A stretch of 64,000 bases of DNA. It comes from Azolla caroliniana. Lineage: Eukaryota > Plantae > Polypodiophyta. A model generated the notes under the pieces. It had not been told where the DNA came from, searched no databases, and saw only the letters and a list, made by a program, of their open reading frames with translations. A program made the position numbers and the translations under genes. The DNA lies in NCBI GenBank assembly GCA_043228905.1, contig JBHGNT010000017.1, forward strand, positions 372,001 through 436,000. Direction: 5' to 3'. Position 1 is the first letter of the stretch; each line of letters starts with the position of its first letter. Positions 1 to 12,270 of the stretch are shown in pieces.

Positions 1-352
1 GGCGGGCACAGAAGAAGGAGGCGGTGTGGTGGTGGAGGATCTGAACCTTGAGTGCCCAAGTTGTCGGGGACGTTAAGAGCTGATCCCGGCGCAAGGGTAC
101 GAGGAGGCGCTCATTCCAAACGGGGTGGTCGGAGCCGCCGTCCCGGGCCACGCCCGTACGTCGTGCCGCCAGTGGGTTGACCCATGCAACGGCCACTGGC
201 TGGTTCTTTCCAAACCACGCCACCCGCCTCAGACCTTCGGCTGACACCACCCTCACCTCCACTTGATAATATCCATCTTCATCCACACGTACTCCCTTCG
301 TTTCCCGGCTGCTGCTTCTACTGCCATCATCGTTTGGACGTCGCCTTGACAT
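1..352 (-). CDS. C2-domain (SRC2/BAP-like, Ca-dependent lipid-binding) protein, 5' part; runs off the window edge
   Basis: Not in the ORF track. Minus-strand translation from ATG at 352 is open to position 1: MSRRRPNDDG...YYQVEVRVVSAEGLRRVAWFGKNQPVAVAWVNP...RTGVARDGGSDHPVWNERLLVPL...LKVQILHH. The EVRVVSAEGL, AVAWV and PVWNE motifs fit a plant C2 domain. There is an in-frame TAG just upstream of the ATG. Confidence 0.85.
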   Translation of the reverse strand, partial: MSRRRPNDDGSRSSSRETKGVRVDEDGYYQVEVRVVSAEGLRRVAWFGKNQPVAVAWVNPLAARRTGVARDGGSDHPVWNERLLVPLRRDQLLTSPTTWALKVQILHHHTASFFCAR

Positions 353-954
353 CTCCGCCCGCCCCACTGCCTAACCAGGCCTATGCTATGTATAGATGGA
401 GCCGTGAATAATCTCCCAAATCACACTTGCACGCCAAACGCTATCTATCTATACATACATATGTAAAGCTCATTCAGAGGGATACCTATTAAATGTACAT
501 TAGGACAAAAGGCCTACTTCATTATGTATATACAATGTTCCCTCTTCCCTCGGATGCAATTAATTTACTCCTCCTCATATATCACGTATGATACGAGCAT
601 TTTCCAAACCAAAAATATATCGAATGCACAGGTTGTGAATTGAAGTGTGTGCATCCAAAGCAAAAGGGATACGTTGCCTCCGTGTGAATATATTGCATCC
701 AAAAGCCGAATGATACTTTGCCTTCTCATTAGAGCCAAGTATTATATATTTATTTTTCTAAAGGATCAAAATTATCCTTTGGTGGATGATGAAGCTACCT
801 TTAGAACAAGACATTCTGTGCTAAAGCACAAGAAAACACAGGTTAATATTGCCTTTATACGATATATACGAACCTTTACTTACACGCCCCCCCCTTCTTA
901 CTTGCATTGAAGTTCTAAAACACACACACACACCCACACCCCAGTGGTACCTTA

Positions 955-1769
955 TGATGGGGATATGGAGCGGAATCGGGATGATTCATAATACCAACTC
1001 AAGAATCAAAATAAACAACACCACAACACAAAAAGAGAGTACACCAAATTTTAACGTGGAAAACCCAAAAATTGGGAAAAACCACGGGAACCTTAGGTTC
1101 CAAAACAAATTCACTAATTTCTGAGTGTACAAGGCGTATATAGCCTCAAGAGTTTACTCTAGAGATATGCACTTATATTTCAAGGCTACCGCCTTGGATA
1201 CAATGTTCACCCTACCAAATAAGATAAACAACCAAAAGAAAAACCCAAAAGAAACACGAACAAGTAAACCTGTTACGAGTAAACGGAAGAGTTGTTGTGG
1301 TCCAAACAACACCTCACTAGATCTCCGTCTTTACACTTGCAACGAGTTCTCGTTCTCGATCACCTTGTTCTCGAGCTCTCACACTTGTTCACTTGTTCAC
1401 TTCTGATTTCTTGTGTCTTCTTACACACCTCTTTTTGTCGAATCTCTGTTTTCAGCCTCTTAGATATGTTTTCTTATGCACTTCGTTTTTCTCTATCTTT
1501 CTCTGTCTTTCTCGAAGACTTCCCTCTCAGTTTTCTGTTTTTACTCTCAGTTTTTTTTTTTCACTCACAAAATCAGATTGTATCACACTTGTATATTCTC
1601 TGATTTTTTTCTGCACTCTCTTTCGTTGTCACAGTTTTTGCGTCTGCCCCTCTTCCCTCAGCCTTGTAGGGCAACGTCCTTTTTCGAATCTGTTTTCACA
1701 CCTGAACAAAACAAAACAAAAAAGACACACGCCCAAAAACATACAAAAAAAGAAAGAGAGGAAACATAC

Positions 1770-1812
<43 letters not shown>

Positions 1813-1896
1813 AATGTAACTAATTAGTTTTAAGTTGTATTCGGCGTTTAGCCGACTTAACATTGTGGGCTCCACTTGAGTGGACAGGCCCCAACA
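955..1896 (-). repeat. 3' LTR of copia element (942 bp)
   Basis: Direct repeat of 5952-6887. By eye it differs only in the (TA)n tract and one substitution (cggcgttt vs cgacgttt). Confidence 0.95.
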
Positions 1897-1910
1897 ATTC
1901 TCCCCCTCCA
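1897..1910 (-). other. Polypurine tract
   Basis: Minus strand reads TGGAGGGGGAGAAT directly before the 3' LTR. Confidence 0.9.
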
Positions 1911-1912
1911 TC

Positions 1913-4900
1913 TCAAGTGGGAGGCACAACTAGGTTTGCCTTTTGTTTGCAAACTTCAAGCTTCTCCCTTGACAAACATTTTGTCATCATGTCAGAACCA
2001 TTCTCATTTGTGTGAATCTTTTCAATGTGCATTTGCTTTTCTTCAAGCACATCTCTAATCCAATGGTATCTAACATCTATGTGTTTTGACTTGGAATGAA
2101 AGGAAGAATTCTTACTTAAGTGTATAGCACTTTGGCTGTCACAATACAAGATGTATTTTTCTTGAGTCAGCCCCAACTCTTGTAGGAATTTCTTTAGCCA
2201 TAACAATTCCTTACTAGCTTCTGTGACAGCAATATACTCGGCCTCCGTTGTGGATAATGCCACACATTTTTGCAATCTCGATTGCCAAGAGACTGCTCCC
2301 CCTGCAAAGATCATTAGGTAACCAGATGTAGACTTTCTGGAGTCAACATCACCAGCCATATCGGCATCTGTATATCCATCTAATATAGTTTGGTTCTCAC
2401 CAAATTTTAGACAGACTCTTGAGGTACCCCTCAGATATCGCAAGATCCATTTCACTGCTTCCCAATGATCTTTTCCAGGGTTTGAGAGGAAACGACTCAC
2501 TACACCAACTGCGTGAGCAATGTCCGGCCTCGTGCATACCATAGCATACATTAAACTGCCGACTGCAGAGGCATATGGTATTTGTGTCATTTCTTCTTGC
2601 TCTTCATCACTCGTAGGGCATTGAGCTGAGCTAAGTTTAAAGTGGCCCGCGAGTGGAGTGTTGACCGGCTTACTCTTAGCCATGTTGAATCTCTCAAGTA
2701 CCTTCTCAATGTACTTTTCTTGAGATAGCCAAAGTCTTTTATTTGCCCTGTCCCTGGTTATCTTCATCCCAAGGATTTGCTTGGCTGGTCCCAAGTCTTT
2801 CATTGCAAAAGATTTGCTGAGTTCCTTTTTCAGCTTCTCAATCTTGTTGGTGTCTTGACCAACGATCAACATATCATCAACATACAGGAGCAAAATGACA
2901 AAATCCCCATCTGGGAATTTCTTAACAAACACACAATGGTCTGTGTTTGTTCTATTATACCCATGGTTCAGCATAAAAGAGTCAAACTTTTTGTACCAAA
3001 GTCTAGGAGCTTGTTTTAGGCCATACAAGCTCTTATTTAACTTGCATACCAGGTTTTCCTTACCTTTGACTTTGAATCCTTCGGGTTGATCCATGTAAAT
3101 CTCTTCTTCCAAATCGCCATGGAGGAAGGCGGTTTTTACATCAAGTTGCTCAACTTCCAGATCGAGACTAGCAGCGATCCCAAGTACAACTATGATCAAG
3201 GACATCTTCACCACTGGTGAGAAAATCTCCTCGAAATCAATTCCCTTTTTCTGGCTGAACCCTTTCACAACCAATCTTGCCTTGTATCTTGGTTGTGAGC
3301 AATGTTCCTCAGTCTTGAGCCTGTAAACCCATTTGTTTTTCAACGCTCTCTTGCCCTTAGGCAGCTTTACAAGATCATAAGTGTGATTGTCTAGCAAAGA
3401 CTTCATCTCATCATTCATGGCATCAAGCCATTCCTCCTTATGATCATTTGCCATAGCTTCTCTAAAGCTTTCTGGCTCTCCTCCATCTGAAAGCATCACA
3501 TATTCATGCGGGTTGTATCTAGTAGAAGGTCTTCTTTGTCTCATAGACCTTCTAACCTCTTCTTCTTCCGGAGGAGTTGCTGAATTGTCACCTAGAGTAT
3601 GATGGTCATGATATTGCCCGTCATCATCGTTGGCTGCATCATCAGCCATATCATCATACTCCTCGGTATCTCCCCCATGACCTTGTGTGTCTGGGCAGGC
3701 ATTGGGTGTTCAGTGACTGAAAAATCAGGGGTGAGATTCGGCATTTCATTCGGCTCCGGATCTTGTAAGGTTTGATCCTCAAGGAATACCATATCCCTGC
3801 TTATAATGACCTTTTTCTCTATTGGGTCATAAAGTCTATAGCCGAATTCCTCATGGCCGTATCCCAAAAATATGCATGGTTTGCATTTGTCATCAAGCTT
3901 GGATCTTTCATCTTTTGGGATGTGGACATAAGCCTTGCAACCAAACACTCTTAAGTGTTTGTATGACACCTCCTTACCTGTCCAAACCCTTTCGGGTACA
4001 TCACCATCCAAAGGGATTGATGGGGACAGATTAATGAGGTCAACGGCAGTCCTCATTGCTTCACCCCAAAAAGATTTCGGTAATTTTGAATGGGATAGCA
4101 TGCATCTTATCCGCTCACAAATTGTCCTATTCATCCTCTCAGCCACGCCATTGTGCTGAGGTGTTTTCGGGACACTTCTCTCTAGTCTAATACCATGGGC
4201 TCATGACAATATTCCTCAAATCGTCCCTGATATTCACCGCCGTTATCGGCACGGATACATTTCAGCTTTCTTCCTGTTTCTCTTTCCACACTTACATGAA
4301 AGTTCCTAAAGATTTCAAACACTTGATCTTTAGTCTTTAATGCAAAGCACCACAACTTCCTCGAGAAGTCATCGATAAATGTGGCAAAGTACAATGCTCC
4401 CCCAAGAGTTCTATCTTTCATATAGCACAAGTCCGTGTGCACCAATTCCAATGGCTGAGATTTTCTTTTTGGGGGCAGATGTTGAAAGGCAACTCTGTGT
4501 TGTTTGCCGGCCAAGCAATCAACACAAGTTTCTAAGTGCATACCTCTTATCTCAGGTAGGATGTTCTTTCTAGCTAGCATCTCGAGTCCTTTTTGACTCA
4601 TGTGCCCAAGTCTCTTGTGCCACAATTCAATGGGAACTTCCTTATCGGCTACATTCACCTCCCCATTGGACACCATAGCACGCATTACGTAGAGAGAATT
4701 CTGTTTTAGGCATCTTGCTAATACTAGCGAGCCTTTGATGAGCTTCCATTTTCCTTCACCGAAGGAATTTGTGTAACCCTCATCATCAAGCTTACCGGCT
4801 GAAATAATATTCAGCCGAATGTCCGGTACATGCCTAACATCATTTAATACTAGTTTGCAACCCGTGTCCGTGGTTAGAATTATATTTCCCATGCCAACAA

Positions 4901-5909
4901 CCTCTGTTATGCCGTGGTTCGCCATTTTGACTTTACCAAAGTCACCACCGGCATATGTCGAGAACATCTCTCGATATGGAGTAATGTGATACGAGGCTCC
5001 CGAGTCAATAATCCAATCAGTTTGTTGGCATGCTAAGCTAGCACACGCATCATCACATGCAATGACAATGTCGCCATCACAAGTGGCTGTAGTGGGGTCA
5101 TTGCTCTTATTGTCGGTGGTTCCTTTCTTTTGGTCTTTCTTTTTCTACCAACAGTCTCTCTCATAATGGTTTGGACCACCACAATAACGACACGTGAAGT
5201 CTTTCTTGAAGTCTTTCCTACCTCTAGATTTTGACCTCCCCTCATCATTATTTCTATGACCTTGTGGACCCCGAGTATGGCGTCTTCCCCTATCGGGATT
5301 CTTTTCTATGAGCAAGGCTTCCTCATTATTAGATTCACGCTCCTTTCGTCGTGCTTCTTCATGCAAAAGACTCGATTTGAGCGAATCCAATGTTAGCTCC
5401 TTATATTGTGTTGCGGTCCCAAGCGTCACGACAAGGGTTTCCCAACTATTTGGGAGAGAGCCTAACAACAACAAAGTCAACACCTCATGTGCTAAAGGTA
5501 TTTCTAGGGAGATTGTTTGACTTACAAGTCCTTGAAAAGTGTTAAGATGCTCTGCCATACTAGAGCCATCTTGGTATCTAAGTCTTACAAGTTTCCTAAA
5601 CACCGAGACCCTATTCAAGGCATTTTTAGTCTGAAACATGGTTTCTATTTTCCCCCATAGTTCGTGTGCCTTGGTTTCATCTACAAAATTGTTATATAGA
5701 CTCATATCTATGAAACAACGTATATATGATGTTGTTTTTAGATGCATTGCCTCCCAAGTTGATGCATTTATGTCTTCAGGTTTGCTTTGACCATGTAGTA
5801 CGGGCAGCCACATGTCTTTACACACCAACATGTCTCTCATTTTAGATCTCCAAATGGAGTAGTTGGATCCCGTTAATTTAATCATCCCCCCTAATGATTC
5901 ATCCATATT
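1913..5909 (-). pseudogene. Copia gag-pol polyprotein, interrupted by one stop and two frameshifts
   Basis: Gag with CCHC knuckle (CRYCGGPNHYERDC) ends at TAG 5145-5147 and the same frame resumes. Protease WIIDSGASYH near 5000, GAG-pre-integrase and integrase (LWHKRLGH, HTD, DNGGEY), RT (LYVDDM) and RNase H (DAD..., STTEAEY). ORF pieces change frame near 4190 and near 3650. Confidence 0.9.
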
Positions 5910-5937
5910 CCAAGTCTTTGCGGAGGGTATGAACCTT

Positions 5938-5949
5938 GCTCTGATACCA
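5938..5949 (-). other. Primer binding site complementary to the initiator tRNA-Met 3' end
   Basis: Plus strand gctctgatacca = minus strand TGGTATCAGAGC, 2 nt from the LTR. Confidence 0.93.
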
Positions 5950-5951
5950 CT

Positions 5952-6887
5952 TGATGGGGATATGGAGCGGAATCGGGATGATTCATAATACCAACTCAAG
6001 AATCAAAATAAACAACACCACAACACAAAAAGAGAGTACACCAAATTTTAACGTGGAAAACCCAAAAATTGGGAAAAACCACGGGAACCTTAGGTTCCAA
6101 AACAAATTCACTAATTTCTGAGTGTACAAGGCGTATATAGCCTCAAGAGTTTACTCTAGAGATATGCACTTATATTTCAAGGCTACCGCCTTGGATACAA
6201 TGTTCACCCTACCAAATAAGATAAACAACCAAAAGAAAAACCCAAAAGAAACACGAACAAGTAAACCTGTTACGAGTAAACGGAAGAGTTGTTGTGGTCC
6301 AAACAACACCTCACTAGATCTCCGTCTTTACACTTGCAACGAGTTCTCGTTCTCGATCACCTTGTTCTCGAGCTCTCACACTTGTTCACTTGTTCACTTC
6401 TGATTTCTTGTGTCTTCTTACACACCTCTTTTTGTCGAATCTCTGTTTTCAGCCTCTTAGATATGTTTTCTTATGCACTTCGTTTTTCTCTATCTTTCTC
6501 TGTCTTTCTCGAAGACTTCCCTCTCAGTTTTCTGTTTTTACTCTCAGTTTTTTTTTTTCACTCACAAAATCAGATTGTATCACACTTGTATATTCTCTGA
6601 TTTTTTTCTGCACTCTCTTTCGTTGTCACAGTTTTTGCGTCTGCCCCTCTTCCCTCAGCCTTGTAGGGCAACGTCCTTTTTCGAATCTGTTTTCACACCT
6701 GAACAAAACAAAACAAAAAAGACACACGCCCAAAAACATACAAAAAAAGAAAGAGAGGAAACATACATACATACATACATATATATATATATTTATATAT
6801 TTAAATGTAACTAATTAGTTTTAAGTTGTATTCGACGTTTAGCCGACTTAACATTGTGGGCTCCACTTGAGTGGACAGGCCCCAACA
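5952..6887 (-). repeat. 5' LTR of copia element (936 bp)
   Basis: Followed on the minus strand by AG and then the PBS. Confidence 0.95.
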
Positions 6888-7399
6888 CCTTATTTGTCAT
6901 ACAACATCAAGGCTGTTGAAATCTCTAGTTTTTACATGGGAGACATTGTGTTATGTGGTTTTCTCCTAACAAAACGAAGGCTTGCATGATACCAACAAAT
7001 GCCAGTGATAAGATGACCATACTTGCACCTCATGGAGGCTTCATTTATGTTGAAATGTTGCTTACATGTGAATGAGGTTGGGCTAATAGGAACAACATCA
7101 AATCATATGCTTGCTGGAATAATATATATTTTACAATCAATATAAAAGTTGTTTAAGTTCTAGACGGGGCATCATGCAACCTTCTCTCAACTTTTTTAGT
7201 ATGAAAGAGGGGGTTGGGGTGCTCTAGTGTGTGACGGGATAGACTTGGCAAATATGGCTATCATTTATTCATTTACTATCAAGGGCAATATCGAAGATAC
7301 ACTATTGAGATGTATAAGAATACAAGGGGGGGGGGTATAGTTAATATTAGCTCACAAGGCAAGGGGGTGGCTAAAGCATACATTTCAAATACTAAAGAT

Positions 7400-9582
7400 A
7401 GACTCAGAAACCCGTTTTATGTGGGTGAAAGTCCTCATAGGCAAAGATCAGGCAATATTTATCGCCATTTGTTACTTTCCCCCGAAAGGATCCCGATATA
7501 ATATGGTTGGAGAGGCGAGTATAGTTGATGAAGGAGCGCCACCTGGGCATTCTCCATACGAACCTTTATCGAATGACATAATCTAATATTCTTCCCAAGG
7601 GGAAGTCTTCCTCGTAGGAGACTTCAATGAGAGAACCCAATCCCGACAATCCACACTATTTCAGATGTATAAAAACCTAGAAATGGTGAATGTCAACGCT
7701 TTAGCCATAGGCATCACACGTAGGTTAAAAGATCAACTTGGTGCAAACGCCACAAGCTTTGGCCATCATTTGCTTGAACTTGGAAGTCGACACCAGTTGA
7801 TCATATATAATGGTTTGGCCAAGTAATTGGGCTTGGAAGAGCTCACATGTTTCCCACATGGAGGGGAAAGCACAGTTGATTACCTCATAGGATGCCTTGA
7901 AGCTACCCACATGATTAACTCCTTTTGGGTGGCCCCATGTCCTATTGGTACAGACCATAACTTCCTATACTTTGAGCTAAAGTGAGACCCCTCCAACGCC
8001 ACCAACTCTAGTCAACCAAACCATCACACCACCATACATTTCACGCATGAGTTCTCTAGCATCTACTCCCGACATGTTCAAGCCTAACTCTCCTCTATTG
8101 ATTCTTCCTTGCCTTTAGAGAACCTAACTATAGAAGTTAGAACTCATGCACATCCTTCACTCAACAACGGTTAGTAGCTTCCCATACACGAAACACTCCA
8201 ATCAAAATAGAATAAGGTCTATGCCACAAAATAGGTCCTATGATGAAGATTGTAGAACTTTGTATAGACAACTTAAAGTGTCGCGACTTAGTGGTATTAT
8301 TTCCTTAGTGCAAGCTCGCAAAGAGATGCGCAAGATGACACATCGTAAAAGATGAACTTGGGAAGCATCTCAATATAGGGAACTCTACCACATGCTCATG
8401 GGGACTGCGCCCTTGCATGGAAGAGACTACGAGAACCAAGACCACAAACACCCATCGAGGATCCCCACACTTGGCACACATATATAGAGAGACTTAGTAA
8501 CCACGTCCCAAACCAACCACCCATTCCAATGCCTTCCACACCTCGACCTACCACGGGGACACTTTTCACGACCTCTAGGGTCACGAAGGTCATAAAAAAA
8601 TTACAACATAGGAAGTCCATGGACCACACAAGATTGCGAGCCGAACACATAATATATGCTCAAAAGTGCCTAGCTCATTTTCTCACCCTAATCTTCAACC
8701 GCACCCTCGCCGAGGGTTTTCCACCACAGTGGACCATGAACATAGTGGCCCCTATATGTAAAGGAGGGGACCCAATGGACCTAAATACATATAGGACCAT
8801 CATGATAGGTCATCCGCTCGCTAAACTATATGGTGCAGTTACAATGGAAGCAGAGCTCAATGATTATATGGAGACCTTAAGTTTTCGAGCACATGAGCAA
8901 GCTGGCTTTAGACAAGCCTTCTCCATTATTAACCATATCTTCACACTTAGATGCTTAATTGACCAGACGAAGGCCCACAAGAAGAAACTATATTGTTGCT
9001 TTGTGGACTTTCGCAAAGCCTTTGACACAGATCCCAGGGAGAGGTTGTTTGATAGGCTTAAAAGCTTACAGATACCAACTGACATGATTTGGGCCATCTA
9101 TGCTCTATATGAGCAAGTCTTTGGGTGTGTTAGATGCCCACGTGACCTCTCTGATTGCTTCACCAGCACCATTGGCATAAAATAGGGTTGCTCCCTATCA
9201 CTAACACTTTTTGGGATCTACATTCATGATATCACTGATTTTATTTGCTCGTAAGAGAGGCAACGGAGTTGCCATTGGGGACACACAAGTTAGTCTCTTA
9301 CTCTATGCTGATGACATAGTTGTGCTCTCGCTCTCAGAACATGACCTACAAAAGCACCTTAATGCCCTATATCACTTTTACCCCCACAAGGATTGGTAAT
9401 GAATCTAACGAAAACTAAAGCCCTTATCTTTTACACATCGTCTCGAGTTAGGAGTAAGTGTCAAATACTCCTCTCTCATAAACCAGTCGAGGTAGTTGGA
9501 TCATATGTATATCTGGGAGTCACTTTTAGTGCTCATTTAGGTAAATTCTCGATGGCCCAGGCAGCCAAAGATAGGCTAACGT
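7400..9582 (+). mobile_element. Degenerate non-LTR retrotransposon (LINE) ORF2: APE endonuclease plus RT
   Basis: Endonuclease motifs VFLVGDFN (~7605-7630), STVDY (~7870) and TDH (~7950). RT motifs YRTI, QAGFR, FVDFRKAFD, GIK*GC and LLYADD (~9300). Several stops and frameshifts. Ends are approximate. Confidence 0.85.
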
Positions 9583-9986
9583 ATATTCTCGAGTATATTC
9601 TAGAGATATTCAATCCTGGAAATTGTATAAATAATTGTAACATCCTTGGTCCCTTTCAAGGGATTCAACAGCAGTCATTGACACATCAATCTAGTATTCT
9701 CGTTTCGCCTCATCATTGTCTCCTTGATCTTTATTTCTATCTTCATGCTCTGATGTCGCTCACAACATCTAGAGTTCCTCGCATTGCCACAAGTTCATCC
9801 GTTGCTCATAGCCCCATCATTGGGGGGAGATTATTACCGTCGGTAATTGCGCCAAACGATAATGAGGATGGAAAGGGAAGCAATTTGGTGAAGGCGGCCT
9901 GGGGTATTTTCGTAAATTTCCAAACATTGACCAAAGATATATGTATATACATAATACGTAATACATATACATATATATAAATAATA

Positions 9987-10274
9987 GGCAAAAGTACCAG
10001 GATACCCCTGGAAGTTGGTCTATTTACCAGAATGCCCTTGGAAGTTCCAATTTTACCAAACTATCCCTATGTCCAAAAAATTACACTTTATAAAGTAATT
10101 ATACACTCCATTTCTTCCATCTTTCGTAAATAGGGCTTGTAGATTTGAGTGTATAATTACTTTATAAAGTGTAATTTTTTTGACATAGGGGTAGTTTGGT
10201 AAAATTGGAACTTCCAGGGGCATTCTGGTAAATAGACGAGCTTCCAGGGGTAGGGGTATCCGGGTACTTTTCCC
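9987..10274. mobile_element. Foldback/MITE-like element with ~120-bp inverted arms
   Basis: 9987-10108 (ggcaaaagtacc...tatacactc) is the near reverse complement of 10147-10274 (gagtgtata...ggtacttttccc). No convincing TSD. Confidence 0.75.
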
Positions 10275-10740
10275 TATAGTGTAACTGTGTATGTATGTGG
10301 CACGATTATTGGCGCCAACAAGCATCTGTCATAGTTTTCTCGTTTCTTTTACGACTGAAACATACAAAACTCAGAACTGCTTCCTCGCCGTCGCCAGGAA
10401 AGCTTTGCGAAGTTTCTGCAACTCTAATCCCTAGTTCGTGTATGTGTCTGAATATTTTCCGAATATTTTCCAACTTTAATCCCCCACGTCTTTAGCTATG
10501 TGCATATGTACGTACGTACATGTATTCCTCGAATGGAAATTGAAATCAAGATGAATCTCTGCAACAATCTAATAAAGGCATTCTCTGAATGTAGTTTTTC
10601 TTCTACATGGATGTCCTTTGAAGAGTTTTTTCTGAATATCGAAACACAGACTATGAATCTCTTTAGTTATTGTCTCGCATAAACTAAGACGATGAATCTC
10701 TACAATTGAACTCTTCTTAGATTTCGGTTCCTTCCTCTGC

Positions 10741-10776
<36 letters not shown>

Positions 10777-12270
10777 ATATATTTATATGTATAAAAAGGT
10801 GTCGAATTAGGTTCCATTCTACTGAAGACGGATCACACCTAAGTTATGGTTTCTCCAAACATGGAAAGATCTCCAATATCAACTTCAAATAATTTGCCTC
10901 TGGATGGTTACTCAGCCTGTCATACTGTAAGATTTTTCTTTAATGTAGAGAGAGAGAGGATAATCAGTAGCATTTGTGTGATAATGGCTGAATAATATAT
11001 TTCTTTAGGAACTTCGTTTTTCTTCACAGTAGAAGGAATATTACAATCAATAAAATTTCTATAATACTGTCTGAGACGTACTCCTTTTAGCCATGAGGCT
11101 ATTTTTTTTGAAAACCTCGGAGTCATACGTCCTGATAAGCTTTTCCTTTACAAAACTTCTTTTCTGTTTACAGGAGAGAGAGCATATGAATTGAGTTCTT
11201 CATTGTATATGGAAATCTAAATGTATTCTTTGATCATATTCATATGGTGTAAGCGTTTTCTTTACATTTTCATCTTTCTTTTTCTACACTAGAGAAACTG
11301 GAATGTTTGAATCCTAATATCCTTTTTGTCATGTACCTTCTCTCTGGAAACTCATAAGCGCCTTTGACTAATCATATTCATGTAGGGTAAGATTTCCTTT
11401 GAAGTACATTCCTCTCTTTGCAATAGAACATAATATGTGTGAATCCTTCTTTACCCATGAACCCTTCCGCTCTAGACAAAATCTTTGATCATATTCATAT
11501 GCTTGACCCCTACTCAAAAACGAAGAAAACATCATTCTGATAAGAAATCCTCTTATTTCTCCTCAACAAAACTGTGGTTAGAAGTAAATTTCTGCGTTGG
11601 TTGTCTTTCTTTCTTTCATTACAGTAGCGAAAGCATGACATCAGTCACGCCGTACGTCTGAATTCTGATATCCGTTTGCCATGGCCCCCTCTCTTTGGAA
11701 AACACATGAATGTCTTCTTCTATCGCTTTCATATTCTTGAACTGTGGAATGAAGAAAAATATCTGATTGATTAGAGATCGAGTTATTGCCTTCCCAAATA
11801 AATATATAAGAAATCATGGCGTGATAAAATTGCTGAATCCTATTATTTAGCCATGAAGCTCTATTGCTGGAAAACCGGACATGTTCTTTTATGACATTGA
11901 TATGCTTGAGCAATCAAAATGAACAAAAATATTCTACGCATAATAGATCCTCTTATTTCATTTTGAGTGAACTGTGCTTATCTGTAAATCTCTGCATCTT
12001 ATATTTCCTTCTTACTGTGGAGCAATTGAAATCAATAACATCTTATGTCAGAATCTTATCCTTTAGTCATGCATCCCTTCTTCTTTTGGGAAAAATGAAC
12101 TTATTTTATGATGGCATACATATACTCAGACCATATATGTATAAGAAAAATATCCTAGTCATGAGAGATCTTATTTCTTTTCAATGTATTAGTTTTTGCG
12201 TTTCCTCTAGGACATGGTCGCAAAATCCTGAAAAAACATGTTAGACTCACGGGGACAGATTGTTTTCTAG

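Larger units (their letters stand above)
955..6887 (-). mobile_element. Full-length Ty1/copia LTR retrotransposon (Tnt1/Tork-like)
   Basis: Two TG...CA LTRs (955-1896, 5952-6887). 5-bp TSD CCTTA at 950-954 and 6888-6892. PBS TGGTATCAGAGC on the minus strand and a PPT. Domain order gag-PR-INT-RT-RH. Confidence 0.97.

Noticed and set aside
1505-1530. Possible heat-shock element in the LTR (ttctcgaagacttc)
   Set aside because: Only two correctly spaced nGAAn units; the third is off by one base.
1125-1827. ORFs duplicated at 1125-1827 and 6122-6818
   Set aside because: They are antisense, low-complexity frames inside the two LTRs.
10532-10682. ORF MEIEIKMNLCNNLIKAFSEC as the MTOPVIB N-terminus
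   Set aside because: The exon at 12271 already supplies the matching segment and splices in phase to SDTG; the resemblance is probably chance.
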